Shown: positions 9,578 to 17,204 of the stretch, in pieces | How positions within the stretch are numbered: position 1 is the stretch's first letter | Layout of the letters: each line of letters starts with the position of its first letter | Assembly: GCA_038150265.1 (NCBI GenBank) | Contig: JAYOTF010000003.1 | Coordinates: 1-64,000, forward strand | DNA from: Deltaproteobacteria bacterium | GTDB lineage: Bacteria; SAR324; NAC60-12 | DNA: 64,000 nt | Direction of reading: 5' to 3' | The notes under the pieces: generated by a model | Seen by the model: the letters and a program-made list of their open reading frames with translations, nothing else | What the model was told of the DNA's origin: nothing | Database searches by the model: none | Position numbers and translations under genes: made by a program

Positions 9578-11512
9578 TCAGGTTGCTGGGCGGTTGGAGA
9601 TGAGGTCTTCGACCACCGAGGGATCGGCTAGCGTCGAGGTGTCTCCCAGGCTTCCCAGTTCGTTTTCCGCAATCTTGCGCAAAATCCGCCGCATGATCTT
9701 GCCGGAACGGGTCTTGGGCAGCCCCGGCGCCCACTGCATGACATCAATCGTCGCAATGGGGCCAATTTCAGTCCGGACCAGCTTGACGAGTTCCTTCTTG
9801 AGGTCATCGCTCGGCTCCACCCCGGTGTTGAGGGTGACGTAGGCATAGATGCCCTGGCCCTTGATTTCGTGAGGGTAGCCCACCACAGCAGCTTCCGCGA
9901 CACTCTCGTGCAGCACCAGTGCTGACTCGACTTCCGCGGTTCCCATCCGGTGTCCGGACACGTTGATGACGTCGTCCACACGGCCGGTGATCCAGTAGTA
10001 GCCGTCTGCGTCGCGGCGGCATCCGTCACCGGTGAAGTAGTACCCCTTGTAGGTACTGAAGTAGGTCTGGTAGAAGCGTTCCTGGTCCCCATAGACGGTC
10101 CGCATCTGCCCTGGCCAGGACTGCTTGATGCAGAGGTTCCCTTCGGTCGCGCCTTCCAGCTCGTTGCCTTCCGCATCGACCAGCACCGGCTGCACGCCAA
10201 AGAACGGGCGGGTTGCCGAACCCGGCTTCAGCGGAGTCGCTCCCGGAAGCGGTGTGATGAGGATGCCGCCGGTTTCTGTCTGCCACCAGGTGTCAACAAT
10301 CGGGCAGTTGCCCTTTCCCACAACGTTGTAGTACCAGAGCCAGGCTTCCGGATTGATCGGCTCTCCCACGGAACCCAGGACCCGCAGACTGGAGAGGTCT
10401 CGCTTGTTGACCAGTTCGTCTCCTTCCTTGGCGATCGCGCGGATGGCGGTCGGGGCGGTGTAGAAGATATTGACCTGGTGCTTGTCGATCACATCCCAGA
10501 AGCGGCCATAGTCCGGGTAGTTCGGAATGCCCTCGAACATCAACGTGGTGGCCCCGTTGGCAAGCGGGCCATAGACAATGTAGCTGTGCCCAGTCACCCA
10601 GCCGACGTCGGCGGTGCACCAGTAGATGTCGCCCTCCTGATAGTCGAAGACGTACTGATGCGTGATGGAGGCATAAAGCAGGTAGCCTCCGGACGTGTGA
10701 AGCACGCCCTTGGGCTTTCCGGTGGAACCGGAGGTGTAGAGGATGAAGAGCGGATCTTCGGCATCGTGGGCTTCTGCCGGGCAATCGGCTGACGCCTGCG
10801 CCATTTCTTCATGATACCAGCAGTCACGCTCGGCATCCCACTCCACCGGATCACCTCCACGCTGCACCACGACCACGGCCTCAATGCTGGGTGTGGACTC
10901 ACACGCCTTGTCCGCATTGGTCTTCAGCGGCACCTTGCGTCCTCCCCGGAGGCTCTGGTCTGCCGTGACCAGCACCTTGCAGGCAGAGTCATTGATGCGG
11001 TCCTTGAGGGCGTCCGGAGAGAAGCCGCCAAAGACGATGGAGTGAACGGCCCCCACTCGGGCACAGGCCAGCATGGCCACGGCCGCTTCCGGAATCATCG
11101 GCATGTACAGGCACACGCGGTCGCCCTTCTCCACTCCCTTCGACTTGAGGACATTGGAGAACTTGCAGACTTCCTCGTGCAACTCCCGGTAGGTGATCTT
11201 GCGGTCCAGATTCGGGTCGTCGCTTTCCCAGATGATCGCCACCTGATCGCCACGCGTCTCCAGGTGACGGTCCAGGCAGTTGTAGGCCACGTTCAGCTTC
11301 CCGCCGTCAAACCAGCGGATGTGCGCCTTGGTGTAGTCCACGTCCATCACCTTGTCCCAGGGCTTCTCCCAGTGGAGGCGCTCCTCAGCCTGCTTGCCCC
11401 AGAAGCCCTCCGGGTCCTTGACCGACTCCTCGTACATCTTGAGGTAGGTCTCGTTGTCAATCAAAGCCTTGCCGTCAAACGACGCCGGGACGTCAAAAAT
11501 CTGCTCGCTCAT
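9578..11512 (-). CDS. acs: Acetyl-CoA synthetase (AMP-forming)
   Basis: [44 protein letters not shown]. Start ATG 11512 with AGGAG RBS. Confidence 0.96.
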   Translation of the reverse strand: MSEQIFDVPASFDGKALIDNETYLKMYEESVKDPEGFWGKQAEERLHWEKPWDKVMDVDYTKAHIRWFDGGKLNVAYNCLDRHLETRGDQVAIIWESDDPNLDRKITYRELHEEVCKFSNVLKSKGVEKGDRVCLYMPMIPEAAVAMLACARVGAVHSIVFGGFSPDALKDRINDSACKVLVTADQSLRGGRKVPLKTNADKACESTPSIEAVVVVQRGGDPVEWDAERDCWYHEEMAQASADCPAEAHDAEDPLFILYTSGSTGKPKGVLHTSGGYLLYASITHQYVFDYQEGDIYWCTADVGWVTGHSYIVYGPLANGATTLMFEGIPNYPDYGRFWDVIDKHQVNIFYTAPTAIRAIAKEGDELVNKRDLSSLRVLGSVGEPINPEAWLWYYNVVGKGNCPIVDTWWQTETGGILITPLPGATPLKPGSATRPFFGVQPVLVDAEGNELEGATEGNLCIKQSWPGQMRTVYGDQERFYQTYFSTYKGYYFTGDGCRRDADGYYWITGRVDDVINVSGHRMGTAEVESALVLHESVAEAAVVGYPHEIKGQGIYAYVTLNTGVEPSDDLKKELVKLVRTEIGPIATIDVMQWAPGLPKTRSGKIMRRILRKIAENELGSLGDTSTLADPSVVEDLISNRPAT

Positions 11513-11561
11513 TGTTTTCTCCTGTTGGGAAAGTGCCTTGGGAGTCACGCGTAAAGGGCTG

Positions 11562-11590
11562 ACTCTAACATAAAATTAAATAATTGACAA
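11562..11590 (-). promoter_or_regulatory. Sigma70-type promoter for acs
   Basis: Minus strand TTGTCA-N17-TAGAGT with an extended -10 TG, in an AT-rich island with an A/T tract upstream. Confidence 0.6.
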
Positions 11591-11655
11591 TTTTAACAGT
11601 ATTTTTTCACTTAACTTTGGATTTTGAGTTTCTGGCGAAACTCGTTGGCCAAGAA

Positions 11656-13356
11656 TCAGTGAGCCTGTGCCGTTCCGGCTCCTTTGGGAATCCGGATGTT
11701 GTCAATCATCTCCTGAACGTCTTCCGGAACTTCCTTGGTAAAGAGGGAAACCCCATAGGCCACCACGAAGTTCACAATCATGCCAATGGTTCCAATTCCT
11801 TCTGGGGAGGTGGAGAACCACCAGTTTTCCGCCGTATTGGCCTCTGGGTTCATGAACTTGAAGTAGACGATGTACCCGGTGGTGAGGGCAATGCCAGCGA
11901 TCATTCCAGCAATCGCGCCTTCCTTCGTGGTGCGTTTGCTGAAGATGCCCAAGATGATAACCGGGAAGAAGGAGGACGCCGCAAGTCCAAACGCAAAGGC
12001 GACCACCTGCGCCACAAATCCGGGTGGGTTGATTCCGAAGTATCCGGCAATGACCACCGCGGCGCCCGCGGCACCCCGCGCGTACCACAACTCGGCCTGC
12101 TCGCTCAGGTCCGGATTCACCGTCCGCTTCATCAAGTCATGCGAGATGGAGGTGGAGATCACCAGCAGCAACCCGGCAGCCGTTGAAAGGGCTGCGGCAA
12201 GGCCTCCTGCGGCAACGAGTCCAATCACCCACGAAGGCAGACCGGCAATCTCCGGGTTGGCCAGCACCATGATGTCCCGGTCCACCGTCAGCTCGTTCGC
12301 CAAGCCGTCCGGCGCCTGGGGCCCCCGGTACTGAATGACCCCGTCGCCGTTCCTGTCCTCCCACTTGATCAGGCCGGTTTGCTCCCAGGTCTTCACCCAC
12401 TGTGGCGCCTGCGTCTCATAGACCTTGCCGTTGACCGTCTCGATCATGTTGTAACGGGCAAAGGCCCCAATGGCCGGAGCGGTGGTGTAGAGCAGGGCAA
12501 TGAAGATCAGGGCCCATCCGGCCGAGGTCCGGGCGTCGGCAACTTTCGGGACGGTGAAGAAGCGGATGATGACGTGCGGCAGCCCGGCGGTTCCCACCAT
12601 CAGCGCAACGGTGATCATGAACAGGTCGGTCATCGACTTCGAGTTCGACGTGTACTCGGCAAAGCCCAGCTCCCGGTGAAGGCCGTTGAGCTTGTCGATC
12701 AGCCCGCCTTCACTCAACGCCGAGATGAACCCCAGCTGCGGCAAGAAGCTGTCGGTGAGCTGGATGGAGAGGAAAAACGCGGGGACCATGTAGGCAAACA
12801 TCATCACGCAGTACTGCGCCACCTGCGTGTAGGTGATGCCCTTCATGCCCCCAAGAGTGGCATAGAAGAACACCAGGATCATGCCGATCACCACCCCAGT
12901 CTCGACGCTGGTCTCCAGAAAACGGGAGAAGACCACCCCCACGCCCCGCATCTGCCCGGCAACGTAGGTGAACGAAACGAAGATGGCACAGATCAGCGCA
13001 ACCGTCCGGGCGGCACTGGAGTAGTACCGGGTGCCAACAAAATCCGGGACCGTGAACTGGCCAAACTTGCGCAGGTAAGGCGCCAGCAGCAACGCCAGCA
13101 GCACGTATCCGCCCGTCCAGCCCATCAGGTACATCGAACCCGTGTACCCCAGGAACGAGATCAGGCCGGCCATGGAAATGTAAGACGCCGCTGACATCCA
13201 ATCGGCGGCCGTCGCCATGCCGTTTGCAATCGGAGGCACCCCGCCTCCGGCCACATAAAACTCACTCGTGGACCCGGCACGGGACCAGATGGCAATGGCA
13301 ATGTAGACGCCGAAGGTGACAAAGACGAAGATGTAAGTCCAGGTTTGGATATCCAT
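11656..13356 (-). CDS. actP: Cation/acetate symporter ActP-like (sodium:solute symporter family)
   Basis: About 13 hydrophobic helices; NGMATAADWMSAAS, GGMKGITYTQVAQY, GTAGLPHV, AAALSTAAGLL; adjacent to acs. Confidence 0.85.
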   Translation of the reverse strand: MDIQTWTYIFVFVTFGVYIAIAIWSRAGSTSEFYVAGGGVPPIANGMATAADWMSAASYISMAGLISFLGYTGSMYLMGWTGGYVLLALLLAPYLRKFGQFTVPDFVGTRYYSSAARTVALICAIFVSFTYVAGQMRGVGVVFSRFLETSVETGVVIGMILVFFYATLGGMKGITYTQVAQYCVMMFAYMVPAFFLSIQLTDSFLPQLGFISALSEGGLIDKLNGLHRELGFAEYTSNSKSMTDLFMITVALMVGTAGLPHVIIRFFTVPKVADARTSAGWALIFIALLYTTAPAIGAFARYNMIETVNGKVYETQAPQWVKTWEQTGLIKWEDRNGDGVIQYRGPQAPDGLANELTVDRDIMVLANPEIAGLPSWVIGLVAAGGLAAALSTAAGLLLVISTSISHDLMKRTVNPDLSEQAELWYARGAAGAAVVIAGYFGINPPGFVAQVVAFAFGLAASSFFPVIILGIFSKRTTKEGAIAGMIAGIALTTGYIVYFKFMNPEANTAENWWFSTSPEGIGTIGMIVNFVVAYGVSLFTKEVPEDVQEMIDNIRIPKGAGTAQAH

Positions 13357-13412
13357 TTAGTAGTTCCGTGAAGAAGTGGGGGGATCGACCTCAGAGGCAG
13401 ATGGCATGCGGA

Positions 13413-13649
13413 TCAGTCCTCCGCAACATCAAACTCCCGGTCCAGCTTGTTCATCTGAGCGACGTACACCCAGATCAAGACCACGAACACATAAATGGAC
13501 CCCTGCTGCGCAAACCAGAATCCCAGCTTTCCCAACCCGGGGGCAAAGAGAATGCCGGCTCCGTAAGAGCCCAGGAACCAGATGATGAGCAGGTTCCTCA
13601 TGATGCCGACGTTGCGTCGCCAGTATTCTTGCAATCGTGCTTTATCCAT
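13413..13649 (-). CDS. Small membrane partner of ActP (DUF4212/DUF485-like)
   Basis: YWRRN...IWF...LGFWFAQQGSIYVFV...MNKLDREFDV; directly upstream of actP. Confidence 0.85.
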   Translation of the reverse strand: MDKARLQEYWRRNVGIMRNLLIIWFLGSYGAGILFAPGLGKLGFWFAQQGSIYVFVVLIWVYVAQMNKLDREFDVAED

Positions 13650-13856
13650 AGGCCTCCGGATTGAGGGTAGAGAAGTGAGGGGGATTTCAGGATGCCCACC
13701 TTAGATGAGAGGACGGGCTTTTATATCCGAAATCAGGCTCATAATCAATAATTATCTTGATCATCTGCCCTTTTCTGATCTAAAAAGCACTCCCTTTGTG
13801 AGGAATCTCTTTTGATAATTTTGTCCCCTGGCCAGCAGGGAGCGCGGAGAAGCAGC

Positions 13857-14069
13857 ATGCGATTTCAACGCTTGACGGGAATGAGTTTAACCGGAGGGCT
13901 GGTGTTAAATTATCCGGTAATTTCCGTATTCAGCCACCTCGACTTTTCCGGAACCTTCCCGCCGCTCTACCTGTTTCTCTTCGGAGTCTGGGGCGTCTTG
14001 ATTGGGCTGACGGCTTTTCTGATGGAGCGACATGGCCGCGTGGCGGCGCCACCTGAGGACGGCTCATGA
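13857..14069 (+). CDS. Small two-helix membrane protein coupled to the SLC5 kinase
   Basis: MRFQRLTGMSLTGGLVLNYPVISVF...PPLYLFLFGVWGVLIGL; GGAG upstream; ATGA overlap with the kinase start. Confidence 0.7.
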   Translation: MRFQRLTGMSLTGGLVLNYPVISVFSHLDFSGTFPPLYLFLFGVWGVLIGLTAFLMERHGRVAAPPEDGS

Positions 14070-16846
14070 TGGCCAACGCCTGGCTCCTGCTGACGGCCTT
14101 TGTGTACCTGGCCTTGCTTTTTGGCATCGCCTACCGGACCGACCGGTTCCGGGAAAGTGGCAAGAGCTGGATCAACAACGCCAACGTCTACTCGCTGTCC
14201 CTGGCCGTCTACTGCACGGCGTGGACGTTTTATGGAAGCGTGGGGCTCGCGGCCAGCCAGGGCTTCATGTTCCTCCCCATCTACCTCGGCCCCACCTTGC
14301 TGGCGCTGCTCTGGAGTGGGGTGCTCCGGAAGATCATCCGCATTGCCAAGCGCTACGCCCTCACCTCGCTGGCGGACTTCCTGTCGGTCCGTTACGGCAA
14401 CGCGACCTTCCTCGGTGGGCTGGTCACCTTTGTCGCGTTTGTCGGCATCCTCCCCTACATCTCGCTGCAGATCAAGGCCATCGGTTTTGGGTTTGAGCTG
14501 TTGGTGGAAGCGCCCGACCAACTTTCCACAGGCAGCACCTCTGACTCGACCACCTTCTTTGTCACCCTCGTTCTGGTCGCCTTCACCATTCTGTTCGGAG
14601 TCCGGCACCTGGATGCCACCGAACGGCACGAGGGCATGGTGGCCGCCATTGCCTTCGAGTCGCTCATCAAGCTTGTGGCCTTTCTGGCCTGTGGGGTCTT
14701 TGTGGTCTATGGGGTGTACAACGGCTTTGCGGACCTCTTTCAGAAGGCATCGGCCTTTCCGGAGCTGGCCCAGCTCTGGACACTCGGACACGACGGCGAG
14801 TACGAGGAGTGGTTCTTCCTGAACCTGTTGGCCATGCTGGCGATCCTCCTCCTGCCTCGGCAGTTTCAGGTGGCTGTTGTGGAGAACGTCAATGAGCGGC
14901 ACGTGGACCGAGCCTCATGGCTCTTTCCGCTTTACCTCCTGCTCATCAACATCTTTGTGCTGCCCATTGCCCTGGCCGGGCGCCTTGAGTTTCCAGACGG
15001 GCAGATTGATGCCGACACCTTCATGCTGACGCTTCCGGTGCACCTGGAGAATGGCTGGATCGCCTGGCTCGTCTTCCTCGGAGGCCTTTCGGCAGCCACC
15101 AGCATGATCGTCGTGGAATCGGTCGCGCTGAGCAACATGATCTGCAACTCGCTGGTGATGCCGATCCTCATCCGGATCCCCTTCGTCAACCTCAAGGAGG
15201 GCAAGGGCCTGAACCGGGTCCTACTCTTCATCCGGCGCGCCAGCGTGGCGCTCGTGCTCTTCACCAGCTACGCCTACTTCCAGACCGTCAGCAGCGCCTA
15301 CTCCCTGGTCTCCATTGGGCTGATCTCCTTCCTCGCCGTGGCCCAGTTTGCCCCCGCCTTGCTTGGGGGACTCTACTGGCGAAACGGCAACCGCACCGGC
15401 GCTCTGCTTGGCCTCAGCACCGGCTTTGCCGTCTGGGCCTACACCCTCCCGTTTGGTCAGATGATCCAGGCCGGCTGGTTCGAGGCCTCCCTGCTCACCG
15501 AAGGTCCGGGCGGCATCGACTGGCTCCGGCCAATCGCCCTGTTCGGATTTGAAGGCGCCAAGCCCATTGTGCAGGCCACCTTCTGGAGCCTCCTGCTCAA
15601 CACCCTCGCTTACGTCGGAGGGTCGCTCCTGACCACGCCCTCGCGGCTGGAACGCCAGCAGGCCCGGCTGTTTGTCGGCGCCATGAGCTTTTCGGAACAC
15701 AGCAACAGCCTCCAGACCTGGCAGGGCACGGCCACGCCCATCCAGCTTCAGCGCCTGCTGGAACGCTTCCTGGGCAAGGACCACACACGGCAGGCCCTCG
15801 CACGCTATGCCACCTCTCACCACACCAGCTTTGCCGACCTCCTTGCCGCGGATGTTGCCGAAGCCGGCCTGATTCAGCACACCGAAAAGCTCCTTTCCGG
15901 AAGCATTGGCTCCGTCTCCGCCCGCATCATGGTGGCCTCGGTTGTTGAAGAGGAGCCCCTCGGCATGGACGCCGTCATGGACCTGCTTGATGCCACCCAG
16001 CAAGCCATTGCCTACGGCCAGCAGCTTGAAGAGAAGTCGAAGGAGCTTCAGAAGGTCACCGATGACCTTCAAAGCGCCAACCTCCGGCTTCAGGAGCTGG
16101 ACCGGCTCAAGGACGACTTCATCTCCACCATCACCCACGAGCTCCGGACCCCCCTCACCTCCATCCGCGCCTTCTCGGAAATCCTGCACGACACCCCCGG
16201 ACTTCCGGAAGAGAAGCAGCGTGAATTCCTGGGCATCATCATCAAGGAAAGCGAACGCCTCACCCGCCTCATCGGCCAGATCCTCGACTTTGAGAAACTC
16301 GAGTCGGGCAAGATGGACTGGAACCCCCAACCCCTTGAGCTGCAAGCCCTCTGCGAAGATGCCCTCGCCTCGCTGGGACAGCTGCTGCGCGACCAGCAGA
16401 TCCGGGTGGAGACCCACTTTCCAGAAACCGCTGTGCAGGTGGAAGGAGACTACGATCGCCTCCTGCAGGTTCTCCTGAACCTCCTCTCCAATGCGGTCAA
16501 ATTTTGTCCCAAACAGGCCGGACGCATTGAGGTTTCCGTGAAAAGGCTTGAAGAACATGCCGAAATCCGTGTAAAAGACAACGGAATCGGCATTCCTGAA
16601 AAGGAGAGAAACGCGGTTTTCGAAAAATTCCGTCAGGTGCAAAGCACCAATGAGGGAAAGCCCGCGGGGACCGGCCTGGGCCTGTCGATCAGCAAGAACA
16701 TTGTGGAGCACCACGGCGGTACCATTGGCGTGGCCCCCGGAAGCGAATACGGCGCCATCTTCTTCTTCACCATCCCGCTGCTTCCGGAAACTCCCGCTCT
16801 TCCCAACCTGCAAGGAGGTTATGTCCCAGAAGATCCTGATCGTTGA
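14066..16846 (+). CDS. SLC5 (sodium:solute symporter)-STAC-histidine kinase, CrbS-like, without PAS or receiver domain
   Basis: N-terminal YSLSLAVYCTAWTFYGSVG...LPRQFQV...GGLSAATSM transporter-like domain; H-box ITHELRTPL; NLLSNAVKF, DNGIGI, GTGLGL. Confidence 0.9.
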   Translation: MMANAWLLLTAFVYLALLFGIAYRTDRFRESGKSWINNANVYSLSLAVYCTAWTFYGSVGLAASQGFMFLPIYLGPTLLALLWSGVLRKIIRIAKRYALTSLADFLSVRYGNATFLGGLVTFVAFVGILPYISLQIKAIGFGFELLVEAPDQLSTGSTSDSTTFFVTLVLVAFTILFGVRHLDATERHEGMVAAIAFESLIKLVAFLACGVFVVYGVYNGFADLFQKASAFPELAQLWTLGHDGEYEEWFFLNLLAMLAILLLPRQFQVAVVENVNERHVDRASWLFPLYLLLINIFVLPIALAGRLEFPDGQIDADTFMLTLPVHLENGWIAWLVFLGGLSAATSMIVVESVALSNMICNSLVMPILIRIPFVNLKEGKGLNRVLLFIRRASVALVLFTSYAYFQTVSSAYSLVSIGLISFLAVAQFAPALLGGLYWRNGNRTGALLGLSTGFAVWAYTLPFGQMIQAGWFEASLLTEGPGGIDWLRPIALFGFEGAKPIVQATFWSLLLNTLAYVGGSLLTTPSRLERQQARLFVGAMSFSEHSNSLQTWQGTATPIQLQRLLERFLGKDHTRQALARYATSHHTSFADLLAADVAEAGLIQHTEKLLSGSIGSVSARIMVASVVEEEPLGMDAVMDLLDATQQAIAYGQQLEEKSKELQKVTDDLQSANLRLQELDRLKDDFISTITHELRTPLTSIRAFSEILHDTPGLPEEKQREFLGIIIKESERLTRLIGQILDFEKLESGKMDWNPQPLELQALCEDALASLGQLLRDQQIRVETHFPETAVQVEGDYDRLLQVLLNLLSNAVKFCPKQAGRIEVSVKRLEEHAEIRVKDNGIGIPEKERNAVFEKFRQVQSTNEGKPAGTGLGLSISKNIVEHHGGTIGVAPGSEYGAIFFFTIPLLPETPALPNLQGGYVPEDPDR

Positions 16847-17204
16847 AGACGACCCTGCCATTGTCGTCTCCCTGGAATTCCTCATGGGACAGCATGGCTA
16901 TGACGTCCGGGTGGCCCAGAACGGAGAAGATGGCGAAAACCTGGCCCGGGAGTTCCGTCCGGACCTGATCCTGCTCGATGTCAACCTGCCCCTGAAGTCC
17001 GGATTCGAAATCTGCCAGCAGCTGCGGTCTGAGCCCGACTTTGACCGCACCTACATCCTCCTCCTCACCGCCAAGGGCCGGGAGGTGGACATTGAAAAAG
17101 GCACGGCGCTGGGAGCCGATGCTTACGTCACCAAGCCCTTCTCCACTCGCGAACTCATCCCCCAGGTTCAGCGCCTCCTGACTGAGCCCCGATCTCCCTC
17201 ATGA
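16821..17204 (+). CDS. Single-domain response regulator (receiver only)
   Basis: MSQKILIVEDD...LLDVNLP...LLTAKG...YVTKPF; 127 aa with no output domain; GGAGG RBS before ATG 16821. Confidence 0.9.
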   Translation: MSQKILIVEDDPAIVVSLEFLMGQHGYDVRVAQNGEDGENLAREFRPDLILLDVNLPLKSGFEICQQLRSEPDFDRTYILLLTAKGREVDIEKGTALGADAYVTKPFSTRELIPQVQRLLTEPRSPS

